Of a DNA stretch of 58,096 nucleotides, positions 44,501 through 52,185 are shown piece by piece. The stretch spans positions 1 to 58,096 of the forward strand of contig DAONEV010000002.1 of NCBI GenBank assembly GCA_035403265.1, given 5' to 3'. The DNA comes from Thermoanaerobaculaceae bacterium (lineage in GTDB: Bacteria > Acidobacteriota > Thermoanaerobaculia > Thermoanaerobaculales > Thermoanaerobaculaceae). Positions within the stretch are counted from its first letter, which is position 1; the number at the start of each line of letters is the position of its first letter. The translations under genes were made by a program, and so were the position numbers. Below the pieces are notes generated by a model that made no database searches, was not told where the DNA came from, and saw only the letters and a program-made list of their open reading frames with translations.

Positions 44501-45074
44501 GGTGGAAGGCGAGCACCGGCTGGAGGAGGCGGCGGCCCTCGTCGCCCGCCTGCGCGCCAGCGAGCCGTCCGACCGGGAGGTCCAGCGTCTCTGGGGGCGC
44601 GTCGCCCTGGTGGCGGGCAGACTCGCCCAGGCCCAGCACCGGCTCAACCACGCGTGGGAGCTGCTCGAAGAGGCCACCGCCCGGCTGCGTCCGCTGGTCA
44701 GACCACCCCGCCATGGCTGGGCGGCGCTCGACTTCGGTCTCGCCGTCATGCGCTTCGCCGACCTCGCAGGCGAGGAAAAGCGGCACGCCATGGCCCGCAC
44801 CGTGCTCGAGGATGGCGTGCAGGTGCTGGCGCCACCGGTCTGTGATCCCGGCGACCCGGCGCTGGCGCTGGTCGGGGCCGAGCTGTGCTGGCGGCTGGCG
44901 GGACTGGCCTACCACGCGGACGAGGAGCGCGACCTGGTGCTGCGCTGCGTCCGGCTGCTGCAGCCGCGCGCCGGCGACGCCGACGCCCCGCCGCGCTGGG
45001 CCGTGCTCTGGCGCAGCGTCAACGACGCCGTCCGCGAGCGCGGCTGGGCCGAGCCCGAAGGACCGGAGACGTAG
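41520..45074 (+). CDS. STAND (NACHT-like) P-loop NTPase with N-terminal zinc-ribbon region and C-terminal TPR-like helical repeats
   Basis: CPVH...CPAC zinc-ribbon-like motif at residues 8-28. Walker A GEAGAGKT (42672-42695) and Walker B-like VWLLLDGPDE. The last ~600 aa are Ala/Leu/Arg-rich helical repeats. TAGAAT lies 14 nt before the ATG and no SD is visible. Confidence 0.8.
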   Translation: MSDVVPHCPVHPDVPLEPRRRGWTCPACERRVLTYRQWPRAETHLEVAADQGDPVLERLPWLIAPRLAVARDLTQPPAARLDHALEAAFGAIRLAALLLLAAARQAGKADHELAGALGRLTLPGWRSWVLLGDHLGGEGGLLAGDAWSAGLGTAWRQLAAAGGVLARLLEVTTAPAVVRDADGEPDASWLRTAADAEQVVATLFGPDTPRLLRVVEGGEPCRVISLHGIHADLLFKVEASEAVPARHGAGTVFAVLGDVTIPLEPFLLASEMMTVVRPGVLQGDPAVALLLPTADGAHYQGCGAPTWRAMDWGHLATWLSESGGLEPDPVRRQQVAVPAAIRASRAIERLRRLPWHAGSFLSRPGLEESFAAALRRPGHAVLVVGEAGAGKTVLLARLAAHLLGEAQDDELSPALSALATNPPGDPDVVALVSGPGAWRAEAGDTGARILVSAVAAALGIRDPRQERLDDLLAGLAESGADDRRLGRKVWLLLDGPDESEHGEAILAALDSALGCLASYPWLRLAVTLDVRTWRGGVGSSGQRRVCFENVRALYDFADPRSDRRRPFLEVPGLDPERELPAWFEHRQRVDPARASPVPFALLPDQLRNGLHSPLQVQLFHESGRWFAEPAPADDAQRRMIGFLLRRSESEGWSLSDLAAALVRARAPGVPLTWIWEQWQAWAGVSGAGGPTVAAGPSPIERLISNGLVQVPERMSWPPDQADLLLFAHPLMAESLICWELLRRLPPGDQPGAGDLLDGLELAPGRWSLRSELAGALADLAARLVEADTVARLDILLTGGDAELAAQALAGALAAAFAGAAKNACLERWLAATRGSPEVARRLNHAFILAGLPRPLDAAAASFRIEVRQALVAHVPDEPGRHQALVSALAARAVREADPAAVLRDLRAAREHLATLRRRWPARPGLAELSAAVLPWLGEAAATLGHTGEAEVVLRAALPIVRARVAGDPSGGRAERCLAMTLVTLADLALSAARPVEGEHRLEEAAALVARLRASEPSDREVQRLWGRVALVAGRLAQAQHRLNHAWELLEEATARLRPLVRPPRHGWAALDFGLAVMRFADLAGEEKRHAMARTVLEDGVQVLAPPVCDPGDPALALVGAELCWRLAGLAYHADEERDLVLRCVRLLQPRAGDADAPPRWAVLWRSVNDAVRERGWAEPEGPET

Positions 45075-45088
45075 GAGCGCCTGTCGGC

Positions 45089-45613
45089 TCAAGCAGGGTG
45101 GGGGCCAGTGACGGCCTGCTCGTGAAGGCGCAGCGCCTCGGCGCCGTAGCACACCAGCCGCACCTCGCGGAGCTCCGGGTGAGTCGCGAGGAATCCCGTG
45201 ACTTCCCGCGCCACGATGCCGGCCGCGCGCTCCTTCGGGAAGCCGTAGGCGCCAGTCGAGATGGAGGGGAAGGCGATGGTCCGCACGCCGTGCTGGACGG
45301 CCAGCTCCAGGCTTCGCAGGTAGCACGAGGCCAGCAGCCCGTCCTCGCCGGCCCTGCCGCCGCGCCAGACCGGGCCCACGGTGTGGATGACGTAGCGCGC
45401 CGGCAGGCTGTAGCCCCGGGTAATCCGTGCCTCGCCCGTCGGGCAGCCTCCGAGCGTCCGACACTCGGCCAGCAGCTCCGGCCCGGCGGCACGGTGGATG
45501 GCGCCGTCCACGCCGCCGCCGCCCAGCAGGCTCGAGTTGGCGGCGTTGACGATCGCGTCCACCTCCTGACGGGTGATGTCCCCTTCCACCACGATGATGC
45601 GCCCGTCCGCCAT
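45089..45613 (-). CDS. macro-domain protein (O-acetyl-ADP-ribose deacetylase, YmdB-like)
   Basis: [34 protein letters not shown] and [13 protein letters not shown] are classic macro-domain motifs. 174 aa. Confidence 0.9.
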   Translation of the reverse strand: MADGRIIVVEGDITRQEVDAIVNAANSSLLGGGGVDGAIHRAAGPELLAECRTLGGCPTGEARITRGYSLPARYVIHTVGPVWRGGRAGEDGLLASCYLRSLELAVQHGVRTIAFPSISTGAYGFPKERAAGIVAREVTGFLATHPELREVRLVCYGAEALRLHEQAVTGPHPA

Positions 45614-45845
45614 GCTCGCCTCCGCGAGCTCGATTCTATCGCCACGTCAGGATCAGTGCCTGGCCGCTGGAGGAAGGTGTCAGACGGTTCGAGCGCTGCT
45701 TTCGCGACGTGCAACCGTGTGGTGAAATGACGGCTGCTCATGACTCCAACCTGGCGCCTTTCCATCTGCCGCGCTCGTGCATCCAAACGGCATGAGCACG
45801 AATCTGGCACCCCAACCGCACCGACCGATTCGCGGAGGCCCCCCC

Positions 45846-46403
45846 ATGCTCACACCCCCCCTCGACGAGGCCGCGCTGACGCGAGCCCTGCTGGCCGGGG
45901 ACCGGCACGCCGCCAACGCCCTCATCCGGCTCACCTACCGGAGGGTGTTCGGGCTGCTGGTCAACCTCTGCCGCGGTGACCGCGAGCTGGCGGCCGACCT
46001 CACCCAGGAGACCTACCGCAAGGCGTGGGAGGCGCTGCCGGGGTTCGGCGGGCGCGCGGCCTTTGGCACCTGGCTCTATCGCATCGCCTGGAACACCTTC
46101 CTCGCCCAGGCGCGGCGCCCGGTGCGCCTGGTGGCGCTCGAGGACCCCATCGCCGCGGTCGCGAGGGATCGGAGCGAGCCGGCGGACGACGCGCTGGTCG
46201 CGGCCGAGACCACCAGGCGGCTGCGCAAGGCGGTGGGCGAGCTGCCCGAGGAGCTGCAGGCGGTTGTCGTCGCCCGCTTCTGGGCCGGCGCGCCGGTTGG
46301 TGAGATCGCCCGCCTCGAGGGCGTCTCGCGGGTGACAGTACGGAGCCGGATCGGTCGTGCGCTCGGGCGCCTCGCCGGCGCTCTCAAGGAGGTGACGTCA
46401 TGA
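45846..46403 (+). CDS. ECF-type RNA polymerase sigma factor
   Basis: Region 2 (DLTQETYRKAWE...FGTWLYRIAWN) and region 4 (LPEELQAVVVARFWAGAPVGEIARLEGVSRVTVRSR). ATG 45846 has GGAGG 7 nt upstream. The track starts at 45777/45792 remain possible. Confidence 0.85.
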   Translation: MLTPPLDEAALTRALLAGDRHAANALIRLTYRRVFGLLVNLCRGDRELAADLTQETYRKAWEALPGFGGRAAFGTWLYRIAWNTFLAQARRPVRLVALEDPIAAVARDRSEPADDALVAAETTRRLRKAVGELPEELQAVVVARFWAGAPVGEIARLEGVSRVTVRSRIGRALGRLAGALKEVTS

Positions 46404-49315
46404 CCACACCCACTCCCCGCGACGTGAAACGAGTCCTCGAGTCGATGGCCGACCAGGAGCCCCCGGACGACCTGCTCGAGCGGCTGGAGGCCGGGGTACC
46501 AGAGGTGATTGCCAATCCTGAGGCGCCGATCCAGCCGGAGCCGTGGACTGTGCGGTGGAACAGGAGCCGCGTGCTGGTTGCCGCGCTGGGCCTGGCGGCT
46601 GCGGTCGTAGTAGGCTTCGGGATGACGCTGTTCCTGCGAGGTCCACGGACTGGGCTTCCGACTGCCGGCGCCGCCATCCATCTGGTCCTTCCGAGCCCGA
46701 CCGCGGAGCCGACCCCACTGGGGGCGGAGATCCAGCGGGAAAAGCAGCTTCTCGAGATTCTTGCCTCGCAAGCCCCGACTTCGGCGCCCGACATCACCGC
46801 TCGACCAGCACCGACCCGACGAAATGCGAGGGGTCAACTAGGTTCTGTCGCCGCACCAGCGGAACCCACCGCACCGCGCCTGACAGGCCTCTGGGGCTAT
46901 GCGACCGACGATCAAGGCGAGAGCCTGCCCGGTGTCGTCGTCAGTGCACAGCGAAGCCCGGAGATCGCAGCTCGGACTGTCGTGACCGATGTCAATGGTT
47001 GCTATGACTTTGGGCACGTGCAGTCTGGCGAGTACAACGTGCGCTTCGAGCTCCAGGGCTTCGCGACGGCGGAGGAGAACCTCAAGGTCGCGGAGGGTCG
47101 CAGGCTACGGGTCGACACGACCCTGCCAATGGCTCAGGTTGCCGAGGAGGTGATGGTCACGGGTTCGTACGAGACCATCTCGACGAGCTCCCAGGTCGCG
47201 ACGACCTATGAAGCTCGCTCGATGACCGATCGCTTCTCTGTGGCCCGAAACCAGGCCAGCTTCGTGTTCGGGACTCCGGCCGGGTCGAGAACCGGCTCCG
47301 TGGGACCGGGCAAGACGAACTCCGAGAAGCAGGCTCGCCAGGCGGCCGGGTTCCTGGCCGATGCCCGGTCCGCGGACGAGCTGCTGGTCATCGACGGCGA
47401 CCGCACCCAGCCAGGCGAGTCGACAACCGAGGCCTCAAGGACGCGGGTCGCCCTGCAGGCGCGGAAGCGCCACGGCGAGTCGATCGGCGAGCTGCCGCTC
47501 AAGCAGACCGGTGTGACGGTCGACATCGCCGGGTTCATGGCGCGCACGGTCGTCACCCAGGAGTACATCAACACTTTTACCGAGCCGATCGAGGCCGTCT
47601 ACGTGTTCCCCCTCGGCGCCACGGCTGCCGTCAACGACTTCGTCATGGAAGTCGGGAAGCGGCGCATCGTCGGTATCGTGCGGCCGCGCGAGGAGGCGGA
47701 GCGAATTTACCAGGAGGCGCGGGAGCGCGGCCAGACCGCCAGCCTACTGACCCAGGAACGGCCCAACGTGTTCACCCAGAACGTGGCCAACATCGCGCCC
47801 GGCGGCACGGTGAAGATCACGATCACGACCTTCGAGACGTTGAACCACGACCGCGGCACCTTCGAGTACGTATTCCCGATGGTGGTCGGACCGCGCTACA
47901 TCCCCGGAGATACCGTGGCGGCGACGCCCCCGGCGGTCGGAGGCGGTGGCTGGTCAGCGCCGACCACGGTCGTCCCGGACGCCGACCGGATAACACCGCC
48001 GGTGCTCAGGCCGGGCGAGCGCAGCGGCCACGACATCGACCTCACCGTGCACCTCGACGCCGGGCTGCCGATCACCGACGTGCGCTCGGTGACGCACGAG
48101 GTTGACATCGCTGAGGACGGTGCAAACCGGAGGAACATCACACTTGCAAAGGCCGGCGCAATCCCGAACCGGGACTTCGTGCTCCGCTGGAAGGTCGCGG
48201 GGGAACACCTGCAGACCGGCGTCATGACCCATCGGGACCGGGGCGAGGGATACCTGGCGCTGCTCGTGCAGCCGCCCCTCGACCCGGCCGACGCGCTGGT
48301 CTCGGCGCGCGAGATCACCTTCGTGCTCGACATCTCCGGCTCGATGAGTGGGGTGCCGGTCGAGACCTCAAAGACACTGGTGCGGCGCGTGCTCGACAGC
48401 CTGCGCCCGGCCGACGCGTTCAACATCTTCGTGTTCTCGGGTGGCAACGGGCAACTGTGGGAGGAACCTCATGGCTCGAGCCCCGAGAACGTGGCGACGG
48501 CCAAGGAGTTCCTGTCGACTCTGCGAGGCTCCGGCGGCACCGAGATGCTCGCCGGCCTCAAGCGCGCCATCACCGGCACCCACGATCCGGCGCGGCTGCA
48601 GATGTATGTCTTCTGCACCGACGGCTTCGTCGGCGACGAGGAGCGGATCCTGGCGTTCGTCCAGCAGGAGCGGGGCGACGCCCGGTTCTTCGCCTTCGGG
48701 ATCGGCTCGAGCGTGAACCGGTACCTCATCGACGGTATCGGGCGGCTGGGCGGCGGGGCCTCGATTGCCGTGCTGCCCCGCGAGGCAGCCTCCGCGGAGC
48801 GCGCCGCGGCGAAGTTCTTCTCGATGATCGATGCCCCGGTGCTGGTGGACGCGGCGATCGACTGGAACGGTCTGCCGGTCGCCGACGCCTACCCCGAGCG
48901 CCTGGGCGACCTGTTAACGGGTGGCGCGTTCACGGTGGTCGCGCGCTACACCGGGTCTGCGTCCGGCACGGCCTACCTCACGGGCAGGCTCGGGACTCGA
49001 GAGGTGCGCTTCCCGATCGGCGTGGACCTGCCGGCAGAGGCAAAGGAGCACCCCGAGCTGGCCCCGGTGTGGGCGCGGCGCCGCATCGTCGATCTCTCCG
49101 AGGAGATGCTGACCGCCTCCGGGGAGCGGGCGGCCGAGCTCAAGAAGGCCATCACCGACCTCGCCGTGGAGTACCGTCTGGCCAGCCAGTTCACCTCGTT
49201 CGTCGCCGTGGACGAGTCCGAGGTGAGGAGCGGCGGCAAGCCCATGCGGATCAACCAGCCGGTCCCGATGCCCCAGGACGTGCGCTACGAAGGGGTGTTC
49301 GGCAAGCCGAGGTAA
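46400..49315 (+). CDS. membrane-anchored anti-sigma-like protein fused to CarboxypepD_reg, VIT and vWA domains
   Basis: ATGA overlap with the sigma gene. One TM span (VLVAALGLAAAVVVGFGMTLFL). CarboxypepD_reg-like segment (LPGVVVSAQ...TDVNGCYDF). VIT-like segment (VTVDIAGFMARTVVTQEY...VYVFPL). vWA with the MIDAS motif DISGS (48329-48343). Confidence 0.8.
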   Translation: MTTPTPRDVKRVLESMADQEPPDDLLERLEAGVPEVIANPEAPIQPEPWTVRWNRSRVLVAALGLAAAVVVGFGMTLFLRGPRTGLPTAGAAIHLVLPSPTAEPTPLGAEIQREKQLLEILASQAPTSAPDITARPAPTRRNARGQLGSVAAPAEPTAPRLTGLWGYATDDQGESLPGVVVSAQRSPEIAARTVVTDVNGCYDFGHVQSGEYNVRFELQGFATAEENLKVAEGRRLRVDTTLPMAQVAEEVMVTGSYETISTSSQVATTYEARSMTDRFSVARNQASFVFGTPAGSRTGSVGPGKTNSEKQARQAAGFLADARSADELLVIDGDRTQPGESTTEASRTRVALQARKRHGESIGELPLKQTGVTVDIAGFMARTVVTQEYINTFTEPIEAVYVFPLGATAAVNDFVMEVGKRRIVGIVRPREEAERIYQEARERGQTASLLTQERPNVFTQNVANIAPGGTVKITITTFETLNHDRGTFEYVFPMVVGPRYIPGDTVAATPPAVGGGGWSAPTTVVPDADRITPPVLRPGERSGHDIDLTVHLDAGLPITDVRSVTHEVDIAEDGANRRNITLAKAGAIPNRDFVLRWKVAGEHLQTGVMTHRDRGEGYLALLVQPPLDPADALVSAREITFVLDISGSMSGVPVETSKTLVRRVLDSLRPADAFNIFVFSGGNGQLWEEPHGSSPENVATAKEFLSTLRGSGGTEMLAGLKRAITGTHDPARLQMYVFCTDGFVGDEERILAFVQQERGDARFFAFGIGSSVNRYLIDGIGRLGGGASIAVLPREAASAERAAAKFFSMIDAPVLVDAAIDWNGLPVADAYPERLGDLLTGGAFTVVARYTGSASGTAYLTGRLGTREVRFPIGVDLPAEAKEHPELAPVWARRRIVDLSEEMLTASGERAAELKKAITDLAVEYRLASQFTSFVAVDESEVRSGGKPMRINQPVPMPQDVRYEGVFGKPR

Positions 49316-49476
49316 GAGGACGCTCTCGACTGCCAGGACGCGATCCACCCGACGGCCAACATCTGCACCGGGGGTTCCCGCTCCCGCGCTCGCCATCGGC
49401 GGCCTGCTACTTGCTTTGAGAAACCGCCAAACCAGGGTCCGCCAGGACTCGTATGATGAAAGTTGGGAGGTGGACC

Positions 49477-50467
49477 ATGGCCGAGGCGGTTTCAACCCAT
49501 GTCCTGCCCCAGCTCGAAAGCCGGCGACAGCAGCTCCTTGCTGTCCCGTCCGAGCTCGGTGCCACGCCCGAGATCGCGCGGTTGCTCAACGAGGTCGACA
49601 CCGCCATCGCCCGCGTCCGTGAGGGTCGTTACGGGAAATGCGAGATCTGCCACGACCCCATCGAGGAGGACCGGCTTCACGTCAACCCCTTGCTGCGTTT
49701 CTGCCTGGATCACCTCTCGGCGGCCGAGCAGCGGGATCTCGAACGTGACCTCGACCTGGCCGGCCGGGTGCAGCGCGGTCTGCTTCCACCCGCCGACCTC
49801 GCGATGCCCGGCTGGCGCATCCGGACCCACTGGCAACCCGCAGGGGTGGTCAGCGGCGACTTCTACGACGTCTTCCGGCCGGATCCAAAAAGGTCAGTGG
49901 GCGTTCTTCCTCTTTGGCGATGTCGCCGGCAAGGGTGTCGCGGCGGCCATGCTGGTATCGCACCTGTGCGCGACGTTCCGCGCCCTGGCCGGGTCCGGCC
50001 CTGCAGTGGTTGAGCTGGTGGAGCGCATCAACCGGTTCTTCAGGGAAAGTGCCCTCTCCCCCCTGTTCGCGACCCTCGTCTGCGGTCGTCTCGAGGGTGA
50101 CGGCCAAGTCGAGCTCTGTGTCGCCGGTCACTGCCCGCCGCTCGTCGTTGGCCGTCACGAGGTCCACACGGTCCAGCCGACAGGGCTGCCGGTTGGCACG
50201 TTCTACAGCTCGAGCTACCGCTCGACCTCGGTCCGCCTCGAACCGGACGAGAGCCTGCTGCTGTATACCGACGGCCTCAGCGAGGCGGGCGACAGGACCG
50301 GGAACGAGTACGGTTCAGCTCGTCTGGAAGCGCTTCTCACGGGTCCCGGGCCGCGTGCCGGGCACCTGCTCTTGGACACGGTCCTCGCCGACCTCTTCCG
50401 ACACACCTCCGGCGGCCGACCCGCGGACGACGTGAGCCTCATGGTCCTCAGTCGGGAGGCGACCTAG
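49477..50467 (+). CDS. DksA/TraR-type zinc-finger + PP2C (SpoIIE/RsbU-like) phosphatase, interrupted by an apparent +1 frameshift
   Basis: ATG 49477 has GGGAGG 6 nt upstream. Zn finger CEIC-x17-CLDH. PP2C motifs GDFYD (frame 1), then FGDVAGKG, YTDG and DDVS (frame 2). The frames join at the A5 run 49887-49891 (CCA AAA A GGT). Deleting one A gives ...RPDPKGQWAFFLFGDVAGKG... Confidence 0.75.
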
Positions 50468-50573
50468 CAGCTTCCTTCCCCGGGGGCGGGCTGGCCCCTG
50501 CTGTCTGGGCCATGTCTCTCGCCGTCGGCACCAACCTGCAGCCGGGCCTGACCTCCTTCTGGAGGCACCTTTA

Positions 50574-50635
50574 CGACCTGCGGGTGGGCATCGGAGGGGC
50601 GGCGCGGCACATCGGCCGGCCCCACTCACTCGCTC
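50574..50635. repeat. 62-bp relic copy of an internal pbpC segment
   Basis: Ungapped 51/62 identity to 52644-52705, which lies inside pbpC and encodes ...SEWVKPADVPRHTCDAHLQV.... The relic has an in-frame stop. It lies just 3' of the S41 peptidase stop. Confidence 0.7.
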
Positions 50636-50641
50636 GCGGTG

Positions 50642-51961
50642 TCAGGGCGAGCGCGGCGACTCCTCCTCACTCCCATCGCCGTCGGTGAAGAGTAGCTTCT
50701 GGGGGCGGCCATCGGTGGTGCAGACGAAAGCGAGGCGCACCGGGTCGTTGGTCTCCGACGCAAAGACGGTGCGGGTGAGCGACACGAGCAGGTATGGCTC
50801 ATCCGCGCCGCGCTGGGATCGGAGCTGCTCGCCCTCGACCCAGATGCGGTATGGACCGTAGGTGCCGGCGAACCGCTCCAGGTCCTTCACGCTCAGATCG
50901 GGCGGATGGTACCGGCCCTCGGCCCGCTCCAGGGCGAAGCTCATCCGCGCTGTCTCCTGCTCGGTCGTGGCGCTGGCCCTGAGTGCCTTGAGCGCCTCGG
51001 TGTGCGCGGTGGCAAGGGCCTCGCGCGCCGACGTCTTGAGGTCGGGCTCGACGCCGGTACCCTCCCAGTTGGTGCCGGTCGTGCGGTCGACCGGGCGTCC
51101 CATGGGCATCCAGACGCGGAAGAACGGCGGGACGTCGAGGATGCCGCCGGCATTGGCGCCGCCACCGGTGGTCTCGCCGACGATCGTCGCGCGCTTGAGC
51201 ACCTTGAACCGGTACGCCAGGCCCTCTGCGCCGGAGAAGGTGTAGCCGCTGGTCAGGAGGTACATCGGCACCTCGGCCAGCCGTTTGCCCGGGAGCCACG
51301 CCACCGTCCAGAACCGCTCCGTGAAGCTGTCGCCCCGGAACTCCATGTCGTACAGCGAGGTCGGTCGGGACAGGAAGTACCCGGCGAAGATCGGCATGAC
51401 GTAGGCGTTGCCACCCCGGCAGTTGCGGAGGTCGACGATGATGGCGTCGCAGTTGGCCAGGTAGGCGACGGCGGCCGCGATGGTGTCGCCGGCGAGCTCT
51501 GGCGGCTGGAAACGGCGCACCTCGAGATAGCCGACGTTGCCTGGAAGGATCTCGGCCCTGGGCAGGCCGTAGTTACCGGCGCGCATCGCTGCGAGGCGGG
51601 CCGTCCGCTCGGCATCGGCGGCCGGTGCGCCGGGGGCCGGCGTCGGCTCCGGCAGGGGCGCGACTCCGAAGCTCAGGTGCTTGTCGTGAGTCACCGCCCG
51701 CAGGTCGGTGGCCAACGCTTCGGCAAACGCCTGCGCCTCGACCAGCGCGCCATACCCGCCTCGGGCGAGCTTGTCCTCGATCGTCTTCGCGGCTGTCTCG
51801 GCGGCCGGTCCGACGGCGTACCTGGCTCGCAGCATGGCCGCGAGCTCGGTCACCGCCTGGCGCTTCTGGTCCGTGCTGACAGGTCGCCCGCCCGCCGGCT
51901 CGGCGGCGACTGTCGCAAGGGATACCAGCAGCGCGGCAACGGCGAGAGGGGTGCTCTTCAT
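50642..51961 (-). CDS. S41-family peptidase (IRBP/tricorn-core-like), secreted
   Basis: ATG 51961 has GGAGAAAGGA upstream, and the track start at 52120 is an extension. Signal peptide MKSTPLAVAALLVSLATVAA. N-terminal IRBP-like helical domain. S41 core (IVDLRNCRGGN, TSGYTFSGAEG). Confidence 0.75.
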   Translation of the reverse strand: MKSTPLAVAALLVSLATVAAEPAGGRPVSTDQKRQAVTELAAMLRARYAVGPAAETAAKTIEDKLARGGYGALVEAQAFAEALATDLRAVTHDKHLSFGVAPLPEPTPAPGAPAADAERTARLAAMRAGNYGLPRAEILPGNVGYLEVRRFQPPELAGDTIAAAVAYLANCDAIIVDLRNCRGGNAYVMPIFAGYFLSRPTSLYDMEFRGDSFTERFWTVAWLPGKRLAEVPMYLLTSGYTFSGAEGLAYRFKVLKRATIVGETTGGGANAGGILDVPPFFRVWMPMGRPVDRTTGTNWEGTGVEPDLKTSAREALATAHTEALKALRASATTEQETARMSFALERAEGRYHPPDLSVKDLERFAGTYGPYRIWVEGEQLRSQRGADEPYLLVSLTRTVFASETNDPVRLAFVCTTDGRPQKLLFTDGDGSEEESPRSP

Positions 51962-52185
51962 GGCGAGGTCCTTTCTCCACGCGAGCCTGGGGGGTTCGTA
52001 GCCTGGCAGACTGCTGTCAGGTTGAGAGTCGATGGGAGCTTCCTTCTCCACCCTTTCGAGTCTACATCCGCGGGCGGCGCGCTCATGCCACCGCCACGCT
52101 CTCAGGCGAGCGATCGGCATATGTGCCGCCTACTCGGTGGTCTCCGTCAGATGGCGGAAGCGAGGCTAAGCCGAACGCTCGGCGA

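Noticed and set aside
41361-45464. Very long minus-strand ORFs (41361..43022, 553 aa; 43137..45464, 775 aa) opposite the STAND gene
   Set aside because: Their translations are Arg/Pro/Gly-rich and low-complexity, with no motifs. They lie antisense to a gene with clear Walker A/B motifs and helical repeats. This is typical shadow-ORF behaviour in GC-rich DNA.
45089-45613. Macro-domain gene as part of a toxin-antitoxin (DarTG-like) or as the effector of the neighbouring STAND protein
   Set aside because: It is a standalone 174-aa YmdB-like macro domain with no DarT-like or other toxin ORF beside it. It is convergent rather than co-oriented with the STAND gene. Adjacency alone does not support a functional link.
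50315-50629. Minus-strand 104-aa ORF in the PP2C / S41 intergenic region
   Set aside because: It overlaps the PP2C 3' end, is Arg/Gly/Pro-rich, and its start region is the decayed pbpC-like relic. It is not a credible gene.
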